Shown piece by piece: positions 37,278 through 50,000 of a DNA stretch of 64,000 nucleotides. How positions within the stretch are numbered: the stretch's first letter is position 1; every line of letters begins with the position of its first letter. This DNA comes from Chara braunii (taxonomy: Eukaryota; Plantae; Charophyceae). Under the pieces are notes generated by a model. It was given only the letters and a program-made list of their open reading frames with translations. It had not been told where the DNA came from and ran no database searches. The stretch lies in contig BFEA01000013.1 in the NCBI GenBank assembly GCA_003427395.1, forward strand, positions 1,867,827-1,931,826, written 5' to 3'. The translations under genes and the position numbers were made by a program.

Positions 37278-37775
37278 TCGGGTAGCTGAAAATTCAGGAA
37301 TGAAAATTTTGAAGTGAGAGTTTCCCCAGGCCACAAGCAGTTATCGGGTAGCTGAAAATTCAGGAATGAAAATTCTGAAGTGAGAGTTTTTGGCAGTCTG
37401 AAAATCCTGAATGGTCCTGAAGTGGTGAAAGGTCTAAAGACCCTGAAAACCACCTTTTTAGGCAGACTGCATCCTGAAGCGGTAAAGGGTATCCTGAAGT
37501 GGTCAAGTGAGAGTTTTAGGCAGTCTGAAAATCCTGAATGGTTCTGAAGTGGTGAAAGGTCTGAAGACCATGAAAACCACCCTTCACCACTTGAGGATGC
37601 AGCCTGCCTTAATAGGTGGTTTTCAGGGTCTTCGGAGCTTTCACCACTTAAGGATCATTCATGATTTTCATATCTGAATGGTCCTGAAGTGGTGAAAGGT
37701 TCGAAGACCCTGAAAACCACTTGTTTAGGCAGGCTGCATCCTTAAGTGGTGAAGGGTATCCTGAAGTGGTGATGA
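37278..37775. repeat. CTGAA-rich direct/inverted repeat cluster
   Basis: CCTGAATGGTCCTGAAGTGGTGAAAGGT...GAAAACCAC occurs three times plus an inverted copy; similar in composition to 6310-7230. Confidence 0.8.
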
Positions 37776-39394
37776 AAAATACGACTGTTGTCAACCTTCT
37801 CTCGTCCTGACAGACTTCCTTTTTCCACCCCTCCTTCTTTTCTCTGTTAGATATGTACTTCATCATTAGGACCTTTTGATCCTTCATGGTTCCCCTTTCA
37901 GTTTCGAGAGTAAATCACAGTCTCTGTATACAGTTTGTTTGTCCTGCATAGCCCTCCAACACTTAACCAATGTCTGTTCCACTTGTATGGGTGTGCTGAT
38001 CCGAGTTCAACTCAGAAACTTTAATTATCTTTGGGTGACGGTTCACTCTTTCGAACTTCGACAATTGATTTCTCCCTCCATTTCCTGTGAAGGGACTGTA
38101 ATGGGAACTTTGGAGAGTCCCACGGAGAAACAGTTTGTCATGAAAACCTTAGAGTGCGTTTCTTTTGGGCAACTGTTGTTTAAACCATCCCCATTATCTT
38201 TCCATTACATAGGATCCTCTCTTTGAGCGCCTATGATGTTCGTCTACCACATGAGTTTGAGTGGATGCAGTCTCAGCCTAACCAAGTACGCGACGTGACT
38301 CAACTTAGCTCTAATTGACCAAGAAAAGAGAAACAAAAGCTAGCCATCGTGATTCCCTTTCAGTAATTATGTAGGGTACCATTAGTTGTGGTTTTCGCTC
38401 GTTTATTGCACAAAGTACTACTAGTGGTACCAATTGCTTTAAAGACTTTTCGGTACGGAGTCGGTTGTACTACGACCTTCGCAATGCGTGAAATTAACGT
38501 CGATCGCAGACTTCTTCTGCTTCCTGCCTGAGGTGGCATTAGCACGAACCCCAGATGATCACTTTCCCTTGTAAACTTTTCCACGAAAATTTGTCCGGTG
38601 TGGTCAGTCGAAAGTAGTGGTGTCGTACAAAATACCCTTACAAGGGTATTTGGCGTGCTTTTGCAAGCCACGCCGGTGTGGCCTTGTCCGGTTGATAGCA
38701 GGCACGAGGGAGGAAGTTTAGGTCCTCGCCTGGGCGAGCGGCGCGCGTGGGTTAATGACGGCGAGGCGCAACCGTGCGTGGCCTAGCGGGGTGCGGCGTC
38801 ACAGGCCAGCGGGATGTACGACCCCTAGTCCCCTTACTTCTTCTGTGTTCCCTAGCGTTTATGTTTATGTTATTATTATTATTATTTCTTTTCCTACTTT
38901 TATTTTTACAGATGTCTTTGACCCGGTGACCAGTTCCGAGAACGACATCGGGCCCACGGGCCTGGCTCGACTACTACTTTCTGGACTCGGGTGGTCGTCA
39001 TAGCAGTCGAGGACCTTGATCACGCGCCTCTTATGGCGAGGCCGTTCGGGGTTCCTACGTGTCCGGGATGCTGGTAGAATTCCCCTACCCTACCCATTCT
39101 GAAACGCGGACCGAAGAGGTCAACGTGCGTGAGAGTGGTGGGGTATGTGGTCGTGGCTTCCTCCGCTTCCCATTTGGAGAGCGTCGATAACCTAAAGTGG
39201 GAGGGAATTGGAGAAATTTTTGAGCAGACCTGTGGGACTGCAGCCCGAGGGAGGCAAGGGTTGCTGTGGGCGCACCATATGCTGGCCATGATCTGCTGTC
39301 AGAGTTTTGAGTGTGAACGTGCCCGCTGGGACATGTAAGATGGTAAACTATGCCTGGGCCAGATGGAAGTCCGCAGCGGCACTGGCTGCAGCAG

Positions 39395-39725
39395 CCGTTC
39401 CCATGGAACCCGTCCCCACTTCGACCTTCAAAGTTCTCATTTGAATATTTTACTACTACCATCAAGATATGCACTGGGACATGCTCCACCTAGGCATAAG
39501 GTGCGGGCGTTGGAGTAGGGTCGGTGCCCTCCCACTCGCTGCAGTGGCAGAACTTCCTCGACTGCCGAGCATATGCCGAACGCTGCCCCATCATCCGGTC
39601 GGGGCTGATTAATTTGACAGGTTAGTTGTACTCACTCAATAGATGACTTCGACTTCCATGACCACTGCCCTGCTGCCTGTATCAGTTATCGCACGTCGTG
39701 ATGCATGGGTTAGCGCACAGTAAGG
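39395..39725 (-). pseudogene. 28S/25S rRNA-derived fragment, antisense to the element
   Basis: The minus strand has GTGGTCATGGAAGTCGAA and GTGCATATCTTGATGGTAGTAGTAAAATATTCAAATGAGAACTTTGAAGGTCGAAG...GGTTCCATG, conserved LSU motifs in the correct order. Confidence 0.9.
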
Positions 39726-40977
39726 CGCAACGGAAAACGAGCGGACCTGAGATAGGGTGAAGCTACGGAGAGGGAAAAAGGAAAACGGACCTGGACGGGG
39801 TTCTACGCAAGGTGCATGAGGGGAAGAAGGCGGCAACGAGGGGAAGCAACTATGGGGGGAGAGAAAATTATATAGCCTGCCCGTTCCTTGATGGAATCAG
39901 GTGCGAAAGATAGTAGGTAGGGATTTTGGCATACGGCGAGTGCACTGGCAAGGTTCGTTTTAGTGCTAGATTAGTGTAGAGGGAGGTTAGAAGAAAAAGT
40001 CGTTCACGAAGATACGGAGAACGAAATATGGGAGAAAAGCGAAAATGACATATCTCAGCCGTTTCTTGACCGATTTTGCCAAACCAAGATGGTAAGTCGG
40101 GGTTTTGGACCATTCTTAGTTGAATGGTCATGTCAGATTCCCGATTTGGATAACGGTCTAGCCGGTACAAGCATTGGAGGCTGCGTATGGGGGTATGCAT
40201 CAGATTGAAGGAAGAAGATAACGAAGAGCGCATCTTACCAGCTCTTGCTGCCACGCCCGTGGTCTCTGTTTCCCTCCTCCTGCGACTCCTTTCGTCGATT
40301 CACCACGGTCATCCTTGTTACCTTGTCCCCCCTGCCATTTCCTGTTGCAACCGAGCTCCCCGCCCGCTCCTGGTGCCCTCGGCCGATGTGTTGATAGGAT
40401 TATGTGAACGTGGTTGGGGGTGTTGGCCAGGAGCATCTAAAAAACATGAAGGATTGCTTGATAAGGGAGGGGGGCACTAAAGAGGAAGATGAGGAAATAG
40501 GACGAAGTCGTGGTGAGAGTGAGAGAGGAGAGGATCTCAAGAAGGGAAAGTTGTGGGACGCTTACCTGAAAAACGGGGAGTGACAAATGTATTTGTCCTT
40601 TATTTAGCGGAAGGTTGACACCCAATTCGTATTTTGGAGGGAGTGTATGAAGGCGCAGCGTAGGACCATATAATAAGAAAAATATTAGTAAATAATATGG
40701 TCATACATCTTCCCATTTTCTAAGGGAGGATTCATTCTCATTTTGCACATAGTCGGCGCTTCGTCCTGTTCGTGCTAGTCGTGGTGCTACGGATGGTTAC
40801 AGAGGAGATCGTGCTCGCGTTTGGCTTCGGGGTTCCGTCAAAATAGCACTGATCGTCTCTGCGACACCAGGTACTACCTCATTAAAGTGATCACGGTATT
40901 GGACAGTACATCTTCCCATGTTTAAGCGGAAGATTCATTCTTATTTTGTGTAGCTGCAAATGTTCGATGCAACGGGG

Positions 40978-41032
<55 letters not shown>

Positions 41033-41056
41033 TCACCTCGACATGGGAAACGGTAA

Positions 41057-41460
41057 ACTGGCGACGAGGGCTGAACCAAGGAAACGAGCTTGGAAGAGTC
41101 AGCAGGAAAAAAAAAAGAAAAAAAAGATCCTGTCGAACTTTATTCTAGCTCGAATTTGTTGCATGACCTGAGAGGAGTAAAACGAGTGGGAGTTTTACGA
41201 CACAAGTGAAATACCACTACTTTTAACGACAGGTTACCTTTTTTGAGGTAGAGTCGGGGCTTTGCCCCCGCTTCTCGATCTGAGGTGCATACCCTCGTGG
41301 CCTGTCCGATCCGAGCGAGAAAGATTGTCTAGCGGGATGCTTGGCTGGGACAGCATAACTGTTAACAGATAAGACAGGTGTCATGAGGAGAGCTGGAGAG
41401 AAAAATGTTCATTTGGTTTTTGTTTCCGATACAATCACACGTTGTGAAGGCATGCATGGA
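41057..41460 (+). pseudogene. 28S/25S rRNA-derived fragment
   Basis: CCAAGGAAACGAGCTTGG, CAAGTGAAATACCACTACTTTTAACG and TTGGCTGGGACAGCATAACTGTTAACAGATAAGACAGGTGTC follow LSU order. Confidence 0.88.
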
Positions 41461-42647
41461 ATCTTGGCGGCGGTCTACAGAGTCGACACCCGTGTACACT
41501 TTGGTTGACATTGTCCCTTCAGAATGACCACAGGCTGTTTTTGAGTCACGGCTTGTGTTGTGGAGTCGTGGTCAGTGTGCCTCAGATCAGGGGCGACGCT
41601 TGTTGTGAAGTTATTGTTGCTACTGAGTTTTGAGCAGAGAAGGAGACCACTATTGAAGGGTATTTGTTGAGTCGAAAAACCGTATCAGACTGTTGACTAT
41701 CACTAACTTGTGAATCAATCACCGTTCCAGACCACTACCACCGGCGTTTTGTTGTTGGTCTGAGGTGGTAACTTGCTGTTGGCTGGAGGTTTTGTTGTTG
41801 CTGTAAGTAACGTGTCGTTGTCGTTGTTCAACACTACTGACCGTCGCTTTTGGTATCAAGGGATGCCGATTTCGTATACTTAGGATACAATTACTGTCAC
41901 TATTGAGTATATGTCGGCGGTTACTATGTTCTCTTTTACTGAGGCTGTTGCTTGATTCTTTTCGCTGCACTATTGCAAAAACTTTCGTGGCACTACCGCA
42001 ACGCATTTGCCGAGTTTGTTACGTCTTGTTGTGCCATGTGGTGTTTTGTTGAATGTAGTGTTGTGCATCGTTGCTGAGCTTTGCCACATGCATTGCTCTT
42101 GTGTATTTTGCTGCATTCATACATGTATTCGAACACAGTACATGGGGTGTGCTCTACTCGAACGCAACCATTTAGGCTGGGTAGCGATAATTTGGTCAAA
42201 AGGGGAGGCACTGAGACCTTGAGGGAGTGATCTAGTTGCACGGAAGGGATGCTGTTATGATTTCAACAGAAAAAAATTGAGCTTTTTAAAAAAATATTGA
42301 TGAACTTTATTGGGTTAATAATCAGTTTACAAAATTGTATGCACACTATTTTTTAACCTTTGAAGGTTAATTAACCTTTGAATGTGAAACACACAATGGT
42401 ACAACGTTGCTTCAGTAATAACATTAACTTTAGTTGACAAACAATTAAGCAAACCATGTCTACAATGTCCGAAATATTGATTTCATTGTTGGTTGAATGA
42501 TCGCTTCACATTAGCTCAATATTTCTTTTATTGTTCGTTCAAATGTTGCTAAAATGTTGAGAAGATGTTTTTAGAATTGTCATCTAATTGTTTCACCAAG
42601 GTGTCTTCAACATGAAGTAATGTTTTATCAACATTCTGTTTTTCTTG

Positions 42648-43075
42648 GCAAAAAAACACTTGGAAGGGCAGGAAGGGGGCGAGGGCTGCCAGAGGTTGAG
42701 AGGTCATTCACGTCGTGTAAGCATCTGTAATACTAGTTGTACTGATATTAGTAATACCAATACTTATAGCCCTAAAAAACACCGCATGGACGATACTAAA
42801 AGTTGAAGCAAAGATAATAAAAATTGTAACAAATGCACCAATAGTAAAAGTTGTAACAGTCTCATTACAACTTTTATAATCCGTGCATTTGTTATAACTT
42901 CTACTATCTTTGCTTCGATTTGCACGATCGTCGATACAACGGCTTCTTGTAAGATAAGTATTGACACTACTAATGTTAACATAGTTAACATTACTAATGC
43001 TTACAGGTCGTGAGCGACCTCCCAACCTTCGGCAACCCCCACCCCCCCTTTTTCCTTCCACGGTGTTTTTTTTGC
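42648..43075. mobile_element. MITE-like element with ~65-bp imperfect TIRs
   Basis: GCAAAAAAAACAC..GGAAGG...GGTTGAGAGGTCATTCACG pairs with CGTGAGCGACCTCCCAACC...CCTTCCACGGTGTTTTTTTTGC. Confidence 0.7.
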
Positions 43076-43347
43076 TACTACTAGGACAGCAACTATACTC
43101 GTATTGTTTCTAATCGTACTCACTTCGATAGGATTGTTACAAGTAGCATAGTAGTACAAGCACTACTACAAGTGGACAAATGAGTGGTACTGCCACTACT
43201 AAAATACCAAAATTCGTACACATGAAGAAGAGTGAGTGCTAGTGCCACAGTCCAATAGGTAAAGCCTATTGTAGAGGTGCTAACACTCTCTTGCAAAACA
43301 CCGTTCAAATGGGATGGGTTGCATCTCTGCCTCTCTCATATGCATAC

Positions 43348-43422
<75 letters not shown>

Positions 43423-45229
43423 ATGAGGTAAGATATCACCCGTCAAGGAGGTGGTCACACTCTCTTGCCAAAACTAGCTAAAGCGATCATAGAGCGTTGT
43501 CGAGCGCATCGGTCCGGCACCGTTGAAGGGCAGTACGGGACCCTCCCGACCGCGTTACGCAGGAGTTGGTTTATTCTCTCACCGTGAATATACATGGAGC
43601 TTCCGCAAGCCGCTCTGGCCGAGTGCGTCAGCCATACCTCTCGCGAGCCCCCACGACAGGATAGGGCCTATGCGAGGCACGACTTACCTCCACCTTACGG
43701 GAGTTGTCACCTCCCTTTGGTGGGCGTATCCCCGTCGAGCTACCAGTCCACAGTACGAAAGCTAATCAGTTGCAATTGCAGAGGTGGACCAGCCGAGAGC
43801 GTTTCTCGTTCGTTGTAGCAGAGGGGGTACGCGCTGTACTACACCTCTATCGGATTCGTACGTGAACCGACACCTTGGGGGGCTGAGGTCCCAAGTGCGA
43901 CTCATCACCGGTCGAGTAGGACGGATCCCACACTCCACACGCACACCACTATAAAAAACATAAAAATAAAAGCACACATATACTTACACACACATACGAA
44001 ACGATACCGGACAAACAACGAGAGAACACCCCTAGTCCCTTAGTGACCATCCCATAACTTTCCGATGTGAAAATCGGATAAGCGTCACGCGCAAGACTTA
44101 GTATAAAGCCGCACGGACGCAGAGCCTACTCATATCGACTAGCAATGCAATCATACGCAAACAGTCGCAATGATGGCGTACTATGTAATGCCCATAATCA
44201 AGCGGTCCTTCGTGGATATGAGTACCACTTACGACACTCAAGTGTCATTCTCGAAGTATCGTGAAGGTTTGCCCCTTCACGATATTGCACGACTGAAGGA
44301 CTAACCGTGCGGCCGCCGCGGCACCTCCGACCTTTAGGCTGAGTGTCTCGGCAGACAGGACAAATAGGCTCTGCACGGGCGAAAATTCCTTCCATGCAGA
44401 GTCTAGGACTTGGGATGTCCTAGACAAGGACCTCGAATTCAGACTAAGGACTAACGTCCGACTAAGAAATCTTTAAGAAGTATACAACCAATAGAGCGGG
44501 GTTCTCCTTCTTTTCTCAATCTCAACCCCTCTTTACCTTTTAAGCGTGGGCCCTCACAGGCCACGAGGACACCCTGCATAGGTATACATATATATTTATA
44601 TGTATATATATAGGGGAATAAGTACGAGACGATCACTTCTCACAATCACAGTAAGACTCCTCACAACCATATATTTAGGTGTGATCGCAGATAGTCAAAT
44701 CCAAAATCCGAACCACATATCATACCTGCAATCACATCAAAGAGTCAACAAAGTCCACATACTACACGAAGTCAACTCCATTCAATCTCTATACTCATAC
44801 CCCTCGTTTTAGCCATGCAAGCCTCAACCTCTGTCCAACCAACCATAATTAAATACTCAGTACTTTTGTTAAATGGTCATTCAATAAAAGTCCGAGTGAA
44901 AACCTTAATAAAACAGAAGAATCACCGGGGCTCAAGCTTTTTAGGTTGAGCATTGAGGGTGAAGTGGAATTGCGTCATAGACCGACGAATCGGCAACCGA
45001 CTTGTTATCAGTGATAACAAAAGATGATCCTTATATGATCAAAATGAATATAGCCCAAATCTTGAATCAAACGATCAAGAGGACCTGCAACACAAGACAT
45101 GTAAATCCCCATGCTAAATCTTTAAGTCCAAATCGAGAATAATCTTCATATCATGATTTCACCAAGAATCATTCTACTTAACTAATCCTGAGTCTACCCC
45201 TAAGTCAGTGCCTAATGGAAAGGTAGATA

Positions 45230-45850
45230 TTTTGGCAGAATTTCCTCTATGCAGACGGGATTGTCATAATCGCCACCTGTCAAAATATAATCTAACTCCT
45301 CTAAACTAAGAAAATTTCGGCAGCGCTTCCCGTAGGAAAAGTGCCTTCATAGAATTTATAATACTTCAAATATAAAAGCAAAACTAAAACACTCATTCTA
45401 GAAAGCCAAAATTTGTCCAACTCCCTGAATTAGTAAAAATTTGGGCAGCATTTCCCTTAGAAAGGTAGACTTCCCAAATTTATACTAAGTCAGATATAAA
45501 CTCAGAAACAAGACATGAGTTCAACTAAGACAAAATTTAACGTACTCATTCGATTTGTAGAAATTTCGGCAGCGCTTCCCGTAGAGAAAGTACTATTCCA
45601 AAATTTATACAGAGCTAAGTTTATAATCTAAAATGACTTTGACTTCTCAAGGTCTAATTTTGTTTAACTCCCTGGATTAACAAAAATTTGGGCAGCACTT
45701 CCTTTAGAAAATGAGGTTTTTCATATTTTTACTAAGCTAAAAAAATCAGACAATATGAACTTTGAAAGACAAAATCTTACTAACTCCTTGATTTGTAGAA
45801 ATTTCGGCAGCGCATCCCGAAGAGAAAGTGGCTTACCAAAATTTATACAA
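45230..45850 (-). repeat. Array IV: 5-6 units, ~125-bp period
   Basis: AAATTT(C/G)GGCAGCRCTTCCCGTAG at about 45312, 45437, 45561, 45684 and 45799. Confidence 0.85.
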
Positions 45851-46139
45851 GACCAAGTATAATAAATGATCAAGAAAATGCAAAAATCGACCAAAGTAAA
45901 AATGAACTTCACCCAAAAAATGCAGAAATTGAAACTAACTCCTATGACTCTAGCACGTGGCGAACAACTAAAGCAACTACCTATCAGACTAGAACGCAGA
46001 CTAAGTAGTGGTCGCACTCAGTCATATGCAGGCTAAGCCACAAAGGTAAGTACTCTCACTATCCCAAGTCGATTTATATAAAATTATTTATGAACCTTAA
46101 GGTAATTCAACCCTTATACCCAACTTACATATGGCACAA

Positions 46140-46756
46140 GTGCTAGACCGTTCGGCTTGGAAACAATGTCCAGCGTGCCTTAGGATATACACGGACAGGT
46201 TGGACTACTACTTTTCTCGTCTTTGGGCACTTGACTAGACCATCCGTCTTGGAAACAATGCCTAGCCGCCCTGAAATGTTTAATATCTAAAATTTAATGA
46301 CTTTCTGACTTTGTTCTCAAAAGAAAATGCAAATATGGGCAAGGGACAGAACCATTCGGCTTGGAAACAATGTTCAACTTGCCCAGACTATTACCAATTA
46401 TACTCTGTAATTTCTCTTCTCTTCTTGATGATATGGCTTAGCGCTGGACCATTCGGCTTGGAAACAATGCCCAACTGTCAGTTCACATGCAAATATAAGT
46501 AGAGTACTTTGTTTTATACTCAGCTTATACTTATGTGCGTGGTTTTCAGGCTAAACCATTCAGCTTAGAAACAATACTCATCCTTAGACCAAAATCCTCC
46601 CTTAGCATAAAACAAGAGAACCCTTCACATCAGGCACACGCTCAGAAAATAAACAGAGCAACCAGGCCATTCAGCTCAGAAACAATGTCCGACCCTTCAG
46701 AAAACAACCAAATAAACACAGCCCTGGGCCATTCAGCTTAGAAACAATGCCCAGTC
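46140..46756 (-). repeat. Array III: ~8 copies of CCATTCRGCTTRGAAACAATG
   Basis: Copies at about 46148, 46239, 46352, 46449, 46556, 46640, 46667 and 46729. Confidence 0.9.
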
Positions 46757-46969
46757 CTTGGTTGACCCAGTCAAACGCATGCAGTCTGTCGTCCTCCCAC
46801 CTTTCCCCAGTTCATCCCTTAGTCTGCTTTCAGTCAAAATAAAACTGAAACTTATACTTCACTCTCATGAAAGAAAGCAAACTCATAGGGGCAATCTCAT
46901 TCATACAACAGTCAAACTAAGGGGAGATAAGCAAACATGGGTATAGTGGGGTCATAGAGATAGAAAATG

Positions 46970-47031
46970 GTATACCTGTCAATTCCCTGCCTCCAAAACC
47001 TCGCCTAGGTTCCAGCAGAGTTCCCGCAATC
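46970..47031 (-). promoter_or_regulatory. Conserved hairpin plus 5' splice donor (copy B)
   Basis: The minus strand reads CTGGAACCT-AGGCG-AGGTTTTGG followed by CAG|GTATA. Confidence 0.6.
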
Positions 47032-50000
47032 GGTGGGTGGACTCCCCACAGAGTCTTGATGCGGTCTTACGGGTTGCAATCCCGCCTGCCGCCTCCTCTC
47101 GTAACCAAGGAAAAAACTGAGAGTTAGAAAGGCAGAAGGAGATAGGTTGAGACTCTCAGATACAAGAATGGTGCGCTCAGACTCGTGAGAGAGGGTCTTG
47201 ATTTCTTGATACGCCTGAGGGTTCCGCAATGGTGACCAAAACTGTAGAAGCTTGGTCAAACGAAGTCAAACGGCTGAACCCAACTCTCTGACGACTCCCC
47301 AGGTTGCAATAATAAACTTCTTCACAACCACTCGTCCTTTTTATCCAAGCAGCAGTCAAACGCAACGCTAAGTCCCCAAAGGAACCCAATGTGTAGAGTA
47401 AAAATGGCGTAGTGAGACTGCGTGCACAACAACCGCTTCTTCATCAAGACCCAGCGAGCTGAGCAGCACAGTGCTGCTCAACAATTACAGCAATCCGTAG
47501 CAACTTCAGCAGCCGCTGCAGTAGAAGCATGACTGAGGCAACCTGCGGCTTCACCCAGCAACAGAGCAACACCGGATAGTGCAACAGCAATGCATCGTGT
47601 CAACCACAATTCTCTGTCAGCAGCGGCACGTCAACTTCTGGCCAATCTGCTGTTGCGCAACCTAAGATGAGTGCACTCCTGTGCTCTAGGACTCCACAGA
47701 AAACAACGCGCTCAACATTCGTTCGCAACAACAACGCACCTCAGCAACGTATAGTGCTAGGTACAATATCGCCCCACGACCCTCTTTCCTCTAATCAGCA
47801 ACACTCCTTTCTCCCAACTCAGTGCCTTCGTCGTGCCTTGCGATCCGATGCGTTTTGGCAATAACCCAAAATATTGGTTGCATATCAAGAACTCAGTCTT
47901 TGCCTATGTCGAGGTAGGTGACAACGATGTTTATCTGGCCATGCAATCAGCAGAGCTTGGGAATACTTATGTAGAAGTTGACAGTGTTGAACCACCGTCA
48001 GCATCTGGTACGTACCCAACCAGTAGGCCGACTCATTCTACTTTAGTTTAGTGAGATAAACGACACACCATTCAGCGGATGGATCCGCAATGCCGTAGCC
48101 CACAACCAACCACAGACATGACCTCAGCTTGTTTGGCTCACTCCCCACTGGCTTCTTCAGCTAGCAAGGCGAGTCCGCTGCAGACAGGTAGGATACACGC
48201 CGCTCTTCCAGTTGTCCGTATAGAGGAGCAGGTGCGTGCTACTTTCTCCAACACATTGGTCCAAGCCTGAAGGGTCAGCCACCCAAATCATCCGCCCGAC
48301 TGCGCAAGCCGACCGATGAAAAGAGTCAAGATGGCCCCACCTGCTAGATGCAGATCTTCACACTACAAGTCCCTCCCTCCAGACATCTCAGCCTTCACCA
48401 TCGCAGCTCATCTCCGGGCTCTTTTTGCCCAACCAATCTTCCAGGCGAGCCTTCCAACCTTTTCCCGCTCTCGCTTATCCTTGCTAGCAGGTAAGTCATC
48501 GTCGCCTACGACTAACTCCACACGCTACTCCCACTGATAGAACCCGAGAAATCGGCGTGACTCTTCCGATGGTACGTGGCCGCATGCAGCACGAGGTAAA
48601 TGCGTTAATCCTGCTGCCTTTCTTCCTATCGTTGCCCACTCGTCATGAAGAAAGGAAGTGTTCCTTTCGCCCTCTATCTCGCTAGCTATTCCGAGGTCAG
48701 GATGCGGGCTAATCATCCCGCTAATCAGGCCCGATGCATCGCGCGCTGGCTACGACCTGTCTAGCGAGCAAGCGAGGTGCTATTCGATATGCTGAAGGGA
48801 ACCCGGCCAAAGACTTCGGTCACACGAACGAGTTACACGAGTAAGGATGACAACCACCGCGTGTGAACCGGAGGCAAGGAGTATGATGGTTCCCAAGGAG
48901 TACAAAGTAGGAAACAGAACACTAAATGAATCTACTCCAAAAACGCGGAAAGATACATCGCCATATTCATCTCCGAACGCCACTTTGCCATTCCCCAGCG
49001 CATCTTGTTTTCCTACTAACTCTCTTTCTTTTAACCTACAGCTGAATCTAGCCACCGATTCGGGTTCGCCCTCACTCCAAACAACAGATCAAACTTCTTC
49101 CTAACCGAAATCGCCCCCCACTCAGGTGAAAACTAACTTTTTCTTCCTCCTCCACCATGGCTCCGTGCAATAACTTGTCTACTAATCTCCCTTTCTACCA
49201 TTCAATCACACAGACTAACACCGGATTCGAGGTCGTCTGACCCGAAAACCCCTATCTAACATCTCCTTTCAGTCGATTTCATCCAGAATCGGGTGAAATC
49301 TCGGTTCTCCTTTTCCCGCTGTCTCTCTCTCCGCCATGTCCCCGCGCAGCCCCTATCTCACTTATCTCTCTCTCTACTAACCGATTGCTAAATTTGACAT
49401 AATAATCGAATTCGCCTTGGTCAGAAACCCCTGAATCGCTTCTTCCCACGTCTGAATCCGTTAGGAAACGAGGGAGATCAATACTTCCTCACTCTCCATC
49501 CTTCCTACTCCCGCCACCACCGTGCACGTTTCTCCTCCAGCAACTCACCACCTACTCACTTTTGCTCCAATCTTAACTCTTCACACAACTCGCCTCACCT
49601 TCAAATACCAACTTCATCTCTTTCCTCGCTTGATTTCATCGAGCGTCGAGGGACTCGGAGATCTCCACCGCCTAATTCGTCATAGCCAAGCTCCCCCCCT
49701 TCCATCATTTTTTATTCTGGATGCACCCTGGCGCAAAATGAGCCCAGGTTCGTTTACTTTTCCCCGCTCTTTACTCCTTGCCTTCACCAGCTCCGACCTA
49801 CTGCGTCCGGTAGTCTGAGACCATCCAGCGCTATACCACGCACTCCCCCACACAGCGCACAGGCACAGCCTGATACAACCGGCGGGTCGGCGGTCGTAGA
49901 GGTCGAGCTTTGCTAGGGAGCATGTGTTAACTTTCCTGCGGAGTCAGGAAGTCCCTAAGGATGGATAGCGCCGAGTCCACGGTCTATGCTTGGCTGCGAC

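Larger units (their letters stand above)
38621..41500 (+). mobile_element. Copy F: 5' part of an element (Y'-type end) carrying rRNA fragments; right boundary uncertain
   Basis: Terminus TGTCGTACAAAATACCCTTACAAGGGTATTTG; 40600-41050 parallels 15610-15960. Confidence 0.65.

Noticed and set aside
48680-48800. Possible 28S 5'-end fragment (GAGGTCAGG..GCGGG..CCCGCT)
   Set aside because: The similarity is too short and the adjacent matching piece is in the opposite orientation.
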